Numbered from the stretch's first letter, positions 28,024-38,129 are shown. The stretch: DNA of 64,000 nt from an uncultured Solirubrobacterales bacterium (GCA_963746695.1 CAVVCP010000023.1:37413-101412); one strand, 5' to 3'. Made by a program: numbers and translations. Notes: generated from the letters alone by a model not told the origin.

Positions 28024-29172
28024 GTGCTCAGCTCGGCCACGCTGAGCGAGCGGGCGGGCGGGACCGTCGCGCTCAAGGCCGAGAACCTCCAGCGGACGGG
28101 CTCGTTCAAGCTGCGGGGGGCGCTGTCGAAGCTGAGCGCGCTCGGCGACGGGTGCGCCGCCGGCGTGGTCTGCGGCAGCGCCGGCAACCACGCCCAGGCC
28201 GTCGCTTACGCGGCCAAGGCCCGCGGGGTGCCGTGCTTCGTGTTCATGCCCGAGGGCGCTCCGATCGCCAAGGTCGAAGCCGCGACGTCGCTCGGCGCGA
28301 CGGTGTCGATGGCCGGCGCGACCGTCGACGAGGCGCTCGACGCCGCACACGAGCTTGTCGCCCGGGACGAGCGGATCGCATTCGTCCATCCGTTCGAGGA
28401 TCCGGACGTGATCGCCGGCCAGGGCACGCTCGGGCTCGAGCTGCTCGAGCAGGTCCCCGATCTGGCCCGCGTGGTCGTGCCGATCGGCGGCGGCGGCCTC
28501 ATCAGCGGCGTCGCGATCGCGCTCAAGTCCGCCCGCGAAGCGATCGAGGTCGTCGGCGTCCAGGTCGCGAGCTGCGCTCCGGTACAGGCATCGCTCGCCG
28601 CCGGCAAGCCGGTGCCGGTCCGCTCGGCGCTGACGATCGCCGACGGGATCGCGGTCAAGCGGCCCGGCGAGCTGACGCTGTCGCTGATCGACCGGTGGGT
28701 CGACGACGTGGTCACGGTCGAGGAGGACGAGGTCGCCGAGGCGATGGTGTTCCTGCTCGAGCGCGCCAAGCTCGTGGTCGAGGGCGCGGGCGCCGTCGGG
28801 GTGGCCGCGCTGCTCTCGGGCCGGATCCCGGCGGCGCCGTCGGGGACGACGGTCGTCGTGCTGTCAGGCGGCAACGTCGACGCCGGGCTGCTGGCCGAGG
28901 TGGCCCGGCGTCACGAGAGTCAGTCCGGCCGGCGGCTCGTGCTGCTCGCGTCGCTTCCCGACCGGCCGGGATCACTGGCGCGACTGCTCGCGCTCGTCGG
29001 CGAGCAGCGCGCGAACCTGCTCGACGTCGAGCACATCCGCGAGGGATTCGACCTCCACGTCCGCGAGACCGCGGTGCAGCTCGTGCTCGAGACGCGCGGT
29101 CAGGCCCACGCCGAGCGCGTGGCCGAGGCCGTCCGCGCCGCCGGGTACGACGCGCCGCGCGCGCTGCGGTAG
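28024..29172 (+). CDS. ilvA: Threonine ammonia-lyase (threonine dehydratase) with C-terminal ACT-like domain
   Basis: LKAENLQRTGSFKLRGA (PLP lysine), GNHAQAVAYAA, GGGGLISG. Homology continues upstream of GTG 28024 (TADDIRRAARTIAGVVRETPVL) with no ATG/GTG/TTG there. The true start may be CTG 27922. Confidence 0.85.
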   Translation: MLSSATLSERAGGTVALKAENLQRTGSFKLRGALSKLSALGDGCAAGVVCGSAGNHAQAVAYAAKARGVPCFVFMPEGAPIAKVEAATSLGATVSMAGATVDEALDAAHELVARDERIAFVHPFEDPDVIAGQGTLGLELLEQVPDLARVVVPIGGGGLISGVAIALKSAREAIEVVGVQVASCAPVQASLAAGKPVPVRSALTIADGIAVKRPGELTLSLIDRWVDDVVTVEEDEVAEAMVFLLERAKLVVEGAGAVGVAALLSGRIPAAPSGTTVVVLSGGNVDAGLLAEVARRHESQSGRRLVLLASLPDRPGSLARLLALVGEQRANLLDVEHIREGFDLHVRETAVQLVLETRGQAHAERVAEAVRAAGYDAPRALR

Positions 29173-29906
29173 TCGCGGGCCTGCTCGACGATCGCGGCCA
29201 CCACGCGGCTCTGCTCGTCGGCCTCGGGATGCCATTGGACGCCGAGCACGAACCTCCGGCCGGGCGCCTCGATCGCCTCGGGCAGGTCGTCGATCGTCGA
29301 GCGGCCGGTGATCTCGAGCCCGTCGCCGACGATGGCGACGCCCTGGTGATGATGGGACTTGGTGGCGTGGAGCTCCTCGCCGGCGGCGCGCGCGACGAGC
29401 GAGCCCGGGGTCAGGCGCACGTCGTGATCTGAGCCGACGAAGCTGCCCGGGGTGCGGCGGTGCTCCTCGTGGCCGAGCTCCTCGGGCAGGTGCTGGCGGA
29501 GCGTCCCGCCGTAGGCCACGTTGATCAGCTGCATGCCCCGGCAGATGCCGAGTACCGGGAGGTCGCGCTGCACCGCCCGGGTGGCGAGCGCGAGCTCCGC
29601 GCGGTCGCGCTCGGGCACGAGGTGGTGGGTCTCGGGATGGCGATCGGCGCCGTAGCAGGCCGGGTCGATGTCATTTCCGCCGGCCAGGATCAGCCCGTCG
29701 AGCAGGTCGAGCATCTGATCGGGGTCCTCCTCGAACTCCCCGTCGGGCGGGATCATCACCGCCATCCCGCCGGCCCGCTGGATCGCATCGATGTAGGTGA
29801 CCGCGAGCAGCGCGGCGTCGCGCTCCCACACTCCCCACTTCGCGCGGGCCAGCGCCGTGCAGATTCCGATCACGGGCCGCGAATCGCTCATTGCCGAATC
29901 GCTCAT
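29100..29906 (-). CDS. Gamma-glutamyl-GABA hydrolase-like class I glutamine amidotransferase (peptidase C26)
   Basis: VIGICT...LDGLILAGGNDIDP...LGICRGMQLINVAYGGTL...HHQGV. The ATG overlaps the stop of the upstream acyl-CoA synthetase gene (ATGA at 29903-29906). Confidence 0.85.
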   Translation of the reverse strand: MSDSAMSDSRPVIGICTALARAKWGVWERDAALLAVTYIDAIQRAGGMAVMIPPDGEFEEDPDQMLDLLDGLILAGGNDIDPACYGADRHPETHHLVPERDRAELALATRAVQRDLPVLGICRGMQLINVAYGGTLRQHLPEELGHEEHRRTPGSFVGSDHDVRLTPGSLVARAAGEELHATKSHHHQGVAIVGDGLEITGRSTIDDLPEAIEAPGRRFVLGVQWHPEADEQSRVVAAIVEQARDYRSARGASYPAARTASATRSAWA

Positions 29907-31342
29907 CGCCCTCTCAGGCTAGCCCGCTGGATCTTCCCCGACGTCGTCTTGGGCAGCTCGTCGGTGAAGTCGACGATCCGCGGGTACTTGTACGGCGCGG
30001 TCTGGCGCTTGACGTGCTCCTGCAGCTCGGTCGCGAGCGCCTCGCCGGGGGCGAACCCGTCGCGGAGCACGACCACCGCGCGCACGACCGCGCCCCGCTC
30101 CTCGTCCGGGGCGGCGACAACCGCCGCCTCGGCCACGGCATCGTGCGAGACCAGCGCCGACTCCACCTCAAACGGCCCGATCCGATAGCCCGAGGAGATG
30201 ATCAGGTCGTCGGACCGCCCCTCGAAGTACAGGTAGCCGTCCTCGTCGGCGCTGACCCGGTCGCCGGTTCGCCACGGCCGCTCGGCCGGCGAGCGCGTCC
30301 CGTCGAGATAAGCGACGAAGAACGTCGGGTCGCTGGCCGGGTCAGCGAGCACGAGCTCGCCGTCGTCGACGCGGAGCTGGACGCCGGGCAGCGGCCGTCC
30401 CATCGACCCGGGACGGACCGGCTCGCCGGCGGGGTTGCCGGTCAGCTGCCCGGTCTCGGTCTGCCCGTAGCCGTCGCGGATCGCGAGCCCGATCCCCTCG
30501 GTGAACGTGCGGAGGACGTCGGGGTTGAGCGCCTCGCCGGCGGCGACCAGCGACCGCATCGCGGGCAGCGGGCGGAGCTCGGTCCGCTTGGCGATCACGC
30601 GGTATTCGGTCGGCGCCATGCAGAGCACGTTGACCCGCTCGGAGGCGAGCAGCTCGAGCCGCTGCGCCGGGTCGAACCGCTCGTCGTGGAGCAGTGCGGT
30701 GGCGCCACGGATCCATGGCGCGATGAACACGTTCCGCGCCGACTTCGACCAGCCGCTCGCGGCCGTGCACCAGACGACATCGCCGGGCCGCGCGTCGAGC
30801 CAGTGCTCGGCCTGGAGCCGCTGGCCGGGCAGGTAGCGCTGGCCGTGGACGACGCCCGTCGGCTCGCCGGTGGTGCCGCTGGTGAACACGATCAGGCCCG
30901 GGTCATCCGGATCGAGCTCGGCGGCCGGGGCCGGGTCGGCCCGGTAGAGAGACTCGTCGGGCACGGTCAGGACCGTGCACGGCGGGGCCGCGCGCTCGAG
31001 CTCGCCGGCGTTCCGCTCGTCGGCGACTATCAGCATCGGCCGCGCGGCCGCGATCCGCTGCGCGAGGTCCTTGGCCCGGAGCTGCTCGTTGCACGGAAGC
31101 GAAACCGCGCCGATCCGGAAGCACGCGACCATCGTCAGCACCCACTCGGGGCGGTTGCCGATCACGGTCATCACGACGTCGCCGCGTTCGACCCCGTGTG
31201 CGGCGAACGTGCCCGCGAGGCGAGCGCTGCGGTCGGCGACCTCGGCGAAGCTCCACTCGCGCCGGCGGCCGTCGCGGGCGAGCTCGATCAGCGCCGTGCG
31301 GTCAGCGGGGGCGCCGTCGACGACGTCTCGCGCGAAATTCAT
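29903..31342 (-). CDS. AMP-binding acyl-CoA synthetase (medium-chain type)
   Basis: FTSGTTGEPTGVVH, DGYGQTETG, SGKIQR. Start taken at MNFARDVV (31342); the tracked ORF extends to 31528. Confidence 0.85.
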   Translation of the reverse strand: MNFARDVVDGAPADRTALIELARDGRRREWSFAEVADRSARLAGTFAAHGVERGDVVMTVIGNRPEWVLTMVACFRIGAVSLPCNEQLRAKDLAQRIAAARPMLIVADERNAGELERAAPPCTVLTVPDESLYRADPAPAAELDPDDPGLIVFTSGTTGEPTGVVHGQRYLPGQRLQAEHWLDARPGDVVWCTAASGWSKSARNVFIAPWIRGATALLHDERFDPAQRLELLASERVNVLCMAPTEYRVIAKRTELRPLPAMRSLVAAGEALNPDVLRTFTEGIGLAIRDGYGQTETGQLTGNPAGEPVRPGSMGRPLPGVQLRVDDGELVLADPASDPTFFVAYLDGTRSPAERPWRTGDRVSADEDGYLYFEGRSDDLIISSGYRIGPFEVESALVSHDAVAEAAVVAAPDEERGAVVRAVVVLRDGFAPGEALATELQEHVKRQTAPYKYPRIVDFTDELPKTTSGKIQRASLRGR

Positions 31343-31637
31343 CCCGGCGGCCAGTCTGCCAGGATCGGGTGCGGTGACGTTCTGGCGCGGGGTCCTGTGG
31401 TTGCGCCTGCATCCCAAACTCAAACATTCGTCCAAATTTGGGAACTTTGATGAAGTTTCCGTCACAATCGGCGCATCGGCCGCCGGCGCAAGGGGGCCTA
31501 GACCGACAACATGCGGGTTCGGCTCCATTGGAGCTCGTCAGCGGAGCTGGCGATCGGTTTGGTTGCGGCCGGCGGCGATTATTTTTAACGACCCGAGGTT
31601 TTCCCTGGCCGTAATGGCCCGTTGGTAAGCTCGCGGC

Positions 31638-32498
31638 ATGGGGCTGATGACCGGAACCGGGCCGCTGAGCCGCGATCCAGCGGGAATGTTCAACTTCGAG
31701 GCGCCGGAGCCGGGCCGCGCGCTGTACATGGAGCCCTGCTACAAGCGGGTCCGCGTCGTGGTCGGCGGCGAGACGATCGCCGACAGCCACCGCACGCTGC
31801 TGCTGTCCGAATCCGGGCACCAGCCGGGCTACTACTTCCCGCCTGAGGACGTCCGCGCGGACGTGCTCGAGCCCTCCGACCGGCACACGCGCTGCCCCAA
31901 GAAGGGCGAGGCGTCCTACCACACGATCCGGGTCGGCGACAAGGTCGTCGAGGCCGGCGCGTGGTACTACCCGGCGCCGCTAGCGGGCGCAGAGCCGCTC
32001 AGGGACATGATCGCGTTCTACTGGGACCGGATGGATCAGTGGTTCGAGGAGGACGAGGAGGTGTTCGTCCACCCGCGCGACCCGTACCACCGGGTCGATG
32101 TGATCCCGACCTCACGCCACATCAAGGTCTCACTCGACGGCGAGGTGCTGGCCGAGAGCACGCAGGCGATGGCGCTGTTCGAGTCGAACCTGCCGACGCG
32201 CTGGTATCTCCCGCGCGAGGACGTCTCCGTCGAGGTCGAGTCAACCGACACGCTCACACGGTGCCCGTACAAGGGCACAGCCAGCTACTACGCGGTCAAG
32301 CGCGAGAACGGCGAGGCCGTCAAGGACCTGATCTGGTACTACGACGATCCGCTCCGGGCGGTCGACCAGATTGCCGGGCGACTGTGCTTCTTCAACGAGC
32401 GCTGCGACGTCGAGGTTGACGGGAAGCTCGAGGGCCGGCCCGACACCACCTGGAAGCACGGGGTCAAGTCAGAGGCCCCGGCGGCCGCCCGCAGCTGA
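31638..32498 (+). CDS. Tandem DUF427 domain protein
   Basis: Two copies of the pattern RV.V..GGE.IADS......ESG....YYFP.EDV......S...T.CP.KG.ASY. Confidence 0.75.
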   Translation: MGLMTGTGPLSRDPAGMFNFEAPEPGRALYMEPCYKRVRVVVGGETIADSHRTLLLSESGHQPGYYFPPEDVRADVLEPSDRHTRCPKKGEASYHTIRVGDKVVEAGAWYYPAPLAGAEPLRDMIAFYWDRMDQWFEEDEEVFVHPRDPYHRVDVIPTSRHIKVSLDGEVLAESTQAMALFESNLPTRWYLPREDVSVEVESTDTLTRCPYKGTASYYAVKRENGEAVKDLIWYYDDPLRAVDQIAGRLCFFNERCDVEVDGKLEGRPDTTWKHGVKSEAPAAARS

Positions 32499-32544
32499 AC
32501 CCCGCGGCCACCTTCAGCTGAACCCCGCCCCGCGCCGGCTGGGT

Positions 32545-33783
32545 ATGCTCGCCCGCATGGCTATCGCGACCCCGTTTACCGACAAGACCGACGAACAGAA
32601 GGCGATCTGCGAGATGGTGCGCCAGTTCGCCGACGAGCAGATCCTCCCGAACGCCGAGCACTACGACCACGAGGACGAGTTCCCCGAACCGATCGTCGAG
32701 CAGATGAAGGAGCTCGGGCTGTTCGGGGTCACGATTCCCGAGGAGTTCGACGGGATGGGGCTCGACCTCACGACGTACGCGATGATCGTCGAGGAGCTGT
32801 CGCGGGGCTGGATCTCGATCTCGGGCATCGTCAACACCCATTTCATCGGGTCCTACCTGCTGATGAAGTTCGGGACCGACGCGCAGAAGCAGAAGTACCT
32901 GCCGAAGATGGCCACCGGCGAGATGCGCGCGGCGTTCTCGCTGTCGGAGCCCGAGCTCGGGTCCGACGTGGCCGCGATCAAGACTGCCGCGAAGAGGCTT
33001 TCCGACGACACGGGCGACCCGGCGGTATATGAGATCAACGGCACGAAGATGTGGGTCACGAACGGCCTGCGGTCCTCGCTCGTGTTCGTCCTGGTCCGCA
33101 CCGATCCGAACGCCGACCCCAAGCACCGGGGCCTCACCTGCTTCATCGCCGAGAAGGAGCCGGGCGTCGCCGAGAACACCGGCGACTACGCCGGCTTCAA
33201 CGTCCCGCCCCAGATCAAGAAGATGGGCTACAAGGGCGTCGAGTCGACCGAGCTCGTGTTCGACGGCTACCGGTGCCCGGCCGAGAACATCCTCGGCGGC
33301 GAGGAGGCCGGCCTCAACAAGGGCTTCGGGCAGATGATGGACGCGCTCGAGCTGGGCCGGGTCAACGTCGCCGCTCGGGGGGTCGGGCTGGCGCAGAGAG
33401 CGCTGGAGCTCGCGCTCCGGTACTCCCAGGAGCGGCGGGCGTTCGGCAAGCCGATCGCCGAGCACCAGGCGATCCAGTTCAAGCTCGCCGACATGGCGAC
33501 CCAGGTCGAGGCCGCGCGCCTGCTGACCCACCGGGCGGCGCGGATGAAGGACGCCGGCGAGCGCTCCGACATCGAGGCGGGCATGGCCAAGCTGTTCGCG
33601 TCCGAGGCGGGCCGCTTCTGCGCCGAGGAGTGCCTGCGCATCCACGGCGGCTACGGCTACTCCAAGGAGTACGAGATCGAACGCATCTACCGGGACGCAC
33701 CGCTGCTGTTGATCGGCGAGGGGACCTCCGAGATCCAGCGCATGGTGATCGGCCGAAAGCTGCTCCAGCGCAACAAGATCTGA
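32545..33783 (+). CDS. Acyl-CoA dehydrogenase
   Basis: AFSLSEPELGSDVAA, KMWVTNG, IHGGYGYSKEYEIERIYRDAPLLLIGEGTSEIQ. Start at 32545 or 32557. Confidence 0.9.
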   Translation: MLARMAIATPFTDKTDEQKAICEMVRQFADEQILPNAEHYDHEDEFPEPIVEQMKELGLFGVTIPEEFDGMGLDLTTYAMIVEELSRGWISISGIVNTHFIGSYLLMKFGTDAQKQKYLPKMATGEMRAAFSLSEPELGSDVAAIKTAAKRLSDDTGDPAVYEINGTKMWVTNGLRSSLVFVLVRTDPNADPKHRGLTCFIAEKEPGVAENTGDYAGFNVPPQIKKMGYKGVESTELVFDGYRCPAENILGGEEAGLNKGFGQMMDALELGRVNVAARGVGLAQRALELALRYSQERRAFGKPIAEHQAIQFKLADMATQVEAARLLTHRAARMKDAGERSDIEAGMAKLFASEAGRFCAEECLRIHGGYGYSKEYEIERIYRDAPLLLIGEGTSEIQRMVIGRKLLQRNKI

Positions 33784-34151
33784 TGGCCGGCGACACCAAA
33801 TCCCTGATCGAAACCGCGGTGACGCGGTTCCTCGACGAGGTGCCGGCGCTCGCCAACCTCAAGCTCGTGGCGGGCCTCGAGCTGCGCGCACGCGGCGAGC
33901 CCCAGCTCTACCGCGTCGAGGTGCCCGGGCCGAAGGTGACCAAGGGCTTCGCCGCCGATGCCAAGGTGAACATCTCGGTGTCGCGCTCGCACTTCAACGA
34001 GCTCGCCACCAAGGGTCACATCCGCGACTGGCGCGAGGCGTTCGAACACGGCGACGCGCAGGCGACCGGTATCGAGCAGGTGATGAAGCTGATCGTCAAC
34101 GTGGTCGAGCGCCACGAGGAGCGCTCGCGGCTACGGAAGGCGCACCACTAG
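33783..34151 (+). CDS. SCP2 sterol-carrier-like small protein
   Basis: TGATG overlap with the acyl-CoA dehydrogenase stop. ...DAKVNISVSRSHFNELATKG...DAQATGIEQVMKL resembles an SCP2 fold (weak). Confidence 0.5.
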   Translation: MAGDTKSLIETAVTRFLDEVPALANLKLVAGLELRARGEPQLYRVEVPGPKVTKGFAADAKVNISVSRSHFNELATKGHIRDWREAFEHGDAQATGIEQVMKLIVNVVERHEERSRLRKAHH

Positions 34152-34161
34152 CCCGGCCGGG

Positions 34162-35961
34162 TCAGCGACGGGCCGCGAGCTCCTCGGCCTCTGACAGCTG
34201 CTCCTCGACGAGCGCGAGGCCGGCGTCCCAGAACCCCGGGTCGGTGAGGTCGATCCCGACGATCCCCGCCAGCTCCTCGGGGCTGCGCGATCCGCCGGCC
34301 GACAACAGCTCGAGGTAGCGCGGGACGAACGGATCGCCCTCGCGGAGGTAACGGCTGTAGACCGACAGCGCGAGCAGCAGCCCGTACGCGTAGGCGTACA
34401 CATAGCCCGGCGTGTTGATGAAGTGCGGCACGTAGGACCACCACATCCGGTAGCCCCCGGTGATCTCGAGCGAGTCGCCGAACAGCTCTTCCTGGGTCTC
34501 GACCCAGGCGTCGGAGATCCGGTCGGCCGCCAGCTCGCCCTCGGATCGCCGGCGGGTGTGGACGAGGTGCTCGAACCGGTTCATCGCCATCTGGCGGAAC
34601 ACGGTGGCGATCGCGCCGTCGACCCGCTCGGCGAGCAGGCCGAGACGCTGCTCGTCGTCGGTGACGTCGTCGAGCATCCGGCCGAACACGAGCTCCTCGC
34701 CGAACACCGACGCGGTCTCGGCCAGCGTCAGCGGCGTCGATTGGTGGAACACGCCCTGATCCTGGGCGAGCGCGGCGTGCAGCCCGTGCCCGAGCTCGTG
34801 CGCCATCGTCAGCACGTCGCGGCGCGTCGCGGTGAAGTTGAGCATCACGTACGGGTGGACGCTCGGCACGGTGTAGGCGCAGAACGCGCCGCCCCGCTTG
34901 TGGGGGCGGGTCGGGGCGTCGATCCAGCGCTCGTCGAAGAACCGCCGCGCGATCTTGCCGGCCACGGGCGAGAACGACTGGTAGGTGTCGAGTACGAGGT
35001 CACGCGCATCGCCGAACGAGTACGGGAGGTCCTCAGCGAGTACGGGTGCGGCCCGGTCGTAGTCGGCGAGCCGGTCGATGCCGAGCAGCTTGGCCTTGAG
35101 CGCGTACCACCGCTGAGGGATGTCGAAGCGACTGCGGACCGCCTCGATCAGCGCCATCACCGACTCGTCTGAGGCCTCATTGGACAGGTTGCGGCTGGCG
35201 AGCCAGTTCGGGTAGTGGCGGAGCCGGTCCTCGACCGACTTGTCGTACACGAGCGTGTTGTAGATGAAGCCGCGCGTGCGCAGGCCGGGCTCGAGCGCGG
35301 CCGACACCGCGTCCGCGGCGGCGCGGCGAACATCGCGGTCGGGCGACTGGAGGCGGCTGAGCGCGATCTCGAGCGTCAGCTCCTCGTCGTCGAGGTCGAC
35401 CCGCAGCGCGGCGAGCAGCTCGCCGAACAGGCGGCCCCACGCGGCCTGGCTCGAGATCGACTTCTCGGCGAGGATCTTCTCCTCGCTCTCCGAGAGCAGG
35501 TGGGGACGGTAGCGCCGCACGCTGCGCAGGTGATGGCGGTAGCGGTCGAGCGCGTCGGAGGCGAGCAGCTCCTCGACGCGGGCGTCGTCGAGTGCGGCCC
35601 ACTCGAGCTCGAAGAACAGCAGCAGCGTCTCGACCTCGGTGGCGCGCTCCTGGACGAGCTGCAGCAGCGCTCCGCGCGCTGGGTCGGCCGTGTCGGTGGC
35701 GAACTGGAGGCTCGCGTACGAGCCGGCGCGCCCGATCAGCTCGTTGATCGCTTCGAGCTCGGCCATCGCGGCCTGCAGCGCGGCGGCGTCGAGCTGTGCG
35801 ACCTTGCCGGCGTAGGTCTCGGCGAACTTCGAGGCGCGCTCGCGGCTCTCCTCGAGCATGCGCTCGGCGCCGGCGCGACCCTCGCCGTCTACGAGCGGGT
35901 CGAGGTCCCACGCGGTGTCGAGCAGTTCCGGGTCGGTGAGCGGATCGGCAGCAGTAGTCAT
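34162..35961 (-). CDS. pepF: M3-family oligoendopeptidase F
   Basis: HELGHGLH zinc motif. 599 aa from MTTAADPL (ATG 35961). The upstream extension of tracked ORF 34162..36828 was discarded. Confidence 0.9.
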   Translation of the reverse strand: MTTAADPLTDPELLDTAWDLDPLVDGEGRAGAERMLEESRERASKFAETYAGKVAQLDAAALQAAMAELEAINELIGRAGSYASLQFATDTADPARGALLQLVQERATEVETLLLFFELEWAALDDARVEELLASDALDRYRHHLRSVRRYRPHLLSESEEKILAEKSISSQAAWGRLFGELLAALRVDLDDEELTLEIALSRLQSPDRDVRRAAADAVSAALEPGLRTRGFIYNTLVYDKSVEDRLRHYPNWLASRNLSNEASDESVMALIEAVRSRFDIPQRWYALKAKLLGIDRLADYDRAAPVLAEDLPYSFGDARDLVLDTYQSFSPVAGKIARRFFDERWIDAPTRPHKRGGAFCAYTVPSVHPYVMLNFTATRRDVLTMAHELGHGLHAALAQDQGVFHQSTPLTLAETASVFGEELVFGRMLDDVTDDEQRLGLLAERVDGAIATVFRQMAMNRFEHLVHTRRRSEGELAADRISDAWVETQEELFGDSLEITGGYRMWWSYVPHFINTPGYVYAYAYGLLLALSVYSRYLREGDPFVPRYLELLSAGGSRSPEELAGIVGIDLTDPGFWDAGLALVEEQLSEAEELAARR

Positions 35962-35978
35962 GTAAACGGAGCTTACCT

Positions 35979-38105
35979 TCAGCTTTGTGGGCACTTCGCG
36001 ACGTCGAGCGGACCGCGGAGGCGGAACACGACGACCGGCTGGCCTTCGGCGGATTCGCTGAACACCCGGGTGGCGTTCTTGTCCGAAGCCGTCCACCGGG
36101 TTTCGGGCGAGGGGCTGAGTACCGCCGGGTGCCACGGGTCGCGGGCCGGCGTCGTGACCAGGTACGTCAGGTGCTCGGCGTTGACCGCGGTTCGCCACTC
36201 CGGGCAGCTGGCGATCGGCGTGAACGATCCGTGCGCCCCGCGGTTCGCGACGTAGACGACCCGGTTCGAGTCGTCGAGGCCGTCCAGCGGATATGCGAAG
36301 AAGCCGCCGAACGTGCCGACGACGCCGACGTGCTGGTCGTGCACGGTCCGGAACAGGGCCCACACCTTCGCCAGGTAGGAGACGTTCGGCTGATACGCGT
36401 ACCGGCCGCGCAGGTAGTGCCCCTGGAGGCTGTAGCCGGCCGCACCGGTCGCGAGGACGACGAGGGCGATCGCGATCGCGGTGAGCGCCGCGACGGTGCG
36501 CGGGGTTCTCGACGCGCGCCGCACGGTGAGCGCGATGCCGATGAGGAGCACCACGCCGGCGGCGATCGCCACCGCGCCGAGCGCGTGGCTCGACGGCCAC
36601 AGCCGGCTCTGCGCGATCGTGCCCGCGAGCAGGATCGCGAGGCTTGCCGCGACGGCCGGCCGGGCGCGGCCCGACAGCGCGGGCGCGAGCGGGGCGACCG
36701 CCAGTGACAGCGCCAGCGCGGGCGCGAGGTAGCGCAGGTTGAACGCGAACCCGAGCGGGTCGCCGGCGGGGCCCGCGGCGGTCTCGGGCGTGATCAGGAA
36801 GGCCGCGAGCGAGAACAGCGCCACGCATCCCAGCATCCGGACGACCAGGGCTTGGGAAGAAAGTCGGGAATAGTCCGACTTACTTCCCAAGCGCCCGGGG
36901 AGCAGGCACAGGATCGGGCCGATGACCGCCACCGCCAGCACGGCCCACCACCAACGGCCGAGGCCGGCGGCGAGCGCCGGCTTTGCGAACGCGCTCCAGA
37001 AGTGCGTGCTCGTCAGGTAGTGGGCGACGCTGTAGCCGGTGTGCTGCTGCAGGGGCGGCGCGGGCGTCGAGAGCGCGCCGCCCAGGCTGGTCCACGGCAG
37101 CGGGTTGCCGACCGCGAACAGGTTTCGGGCGTACCAGAAGCCGCCGGCCAGGATCAGCGGGCCGAGCCACAGGAGCGCGGTGCCAGCGCGCCGGCCACGG
37201 GGGGCGATCACGACCACGCCGACCGTGAGCGCTAGCACCGGGGCGAGCACCGTGAGCTTGGTTCCGACCGCGAGGCCCGCGGCGATTGCCGCCAGCGTCC
37301 GCGCGGCCGGGCGCTCGGGCTCGGTGATGAGTAGCGCCGCGGCCGCGAGCAGGAAGAACACCGCGACGACGTCGTTGGCCGCGCTGCCCGCCTGGGAGTA
37401 GTCCATCATCGTCGTGCCCATCGCGAGCGCCGCGCCGATCGTGGTGGCACCGCCGACGCCACGCGGCCGCCCGATGCAATAGGCCGCGAGGAGCGTGAGC
37501 GAGAGCCACAGCAGGTTCAGCCCCGGCGACAGCGTGTCGCGCCCGAGCAGCACAATCCCGAGCCCGTGCAGCAGCTCAGCGGTGGCGGGATAGAACGGCG
37601 TCAGGTACTCGACATCGGTGAACCGCAGCCCGGTGATGCTCCCGGTCTGTGCGAAGCTCGCCGCCCACGGCAGGTGGTACCAGAGCGAATCGAACCCGCG
37701 GATGCCGACGTCGTAGGACTGGACCGTGAGCGCGCCCCACTCGGCGATCACGGCCGCCCCCGCGAGGATCGCGACCCCGGTCGCCACCGCGACCTCCCAT
37801 CCGACGTCCGGGGAGTTGTGCGGGTGGACCGCGCGCGGCGGGCCGAGCCACCGGATCGTGGCCAGCGCGGCGAGCACGCACGCGCCGAGCACCGGACCGA
37901 GCTCGAACAGCCCGACCGCGCCGAGTAGCTCGAGGATCCCGACCAGCAGCGCGACCCCGATCACGGTCTCGGCCAGTCGCGCCGGCGCCCCGGCCCAGTC
38001 GCCGAGCCAGCGCCGGCGCATGATGACCGCCGCCAGCGCGAGCGAGCCGATCACGACCACCAGCGCCGCCGCGCCGAGCACGTAGCGCCCGAAGCTCGTA
38101 TTCAC
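35979..38105 (-). CDS. Large polytopic membrane protein with C-terminal soluble domain (GT-C/PMT_2-like glycosyltransferase candidate)
   Basis: More than 12 hydrophobic segments, then a ~130-aa soluble tail. No catalytic motif is confidently recognised. Confidence 0.55.
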   Translation of the reverse strand: MNTSFGRYVLGAAALVVVIGSLALAAVIMRRRWLGDWAGAPARLAETVIGVALLVGILELLGAVGLFELGPVLGACVLAALATIRWLGPPRAVHPHNSPDVGWEVAVATGVAILAGAAVIAEWGALTVQSYDVGIRGFDSLWYHLPWAASFAQTGSITGLRFTDVEYLTPFYPATAELLHGLGIVLLGRDTLSPGLNLLWLSLTLLAAYCIGRPRGVGGATTIGAALAMGTTMMDYSQAGSAANDVVAVFFLLAAAALLITEPERPAARTLAAIAAGLAVGTKLTVLAPVLALTVGVVVIAPRGRRAGTALLWLGPLILAGGFWYARNLFAVGNPLPWTSLGGALSTPAPPLQQHTGYSVAHYLTSTHFWSAFAKPALAAGLGRWWWAVLAVAVIGPILCLLPGRLGSKSDYSRLSSQALVVRMLGCVALFSLAAFLITPETAAGPAGDPLGFAFNLRYLAPALALSLAVAPLAPALSGRARPAVAASLAILLAGTIAQSRLWPSSHALGAVAIAAGVVLLIGIALTVRRASRTPRTVAALTAIAIALVVLATGAAGYSLQGHYLRGRYAYQPNVSYLAKVWALFRTVHDQHVGVVGTFGGFFAYPLDGLDDSNRVVYVANRGAHGSFTPIASCPEWRTAVNAEHLTYLVTTPARDPWHPAVLSPSPETRWTASDKNATRVFSESAEGQPVVVFRLRGPLDVAKCPQS

Positions 38106-38129
38106 GCCCGCTACGCTCCGCTCGTTGCC

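Noticed and set aside
29100-29172. 73-nt tail-to-tail overlap of the threonine dehydratase and peptidase C26 genes, as a sign of a miscalled gene.
   Set aside because: Neither frame has an earlier stop, and both proteins show family motifs up to near their ends. It is most simply a convergent overlap with a non-conserved C26 tail. It cannot be resolved without alignments.
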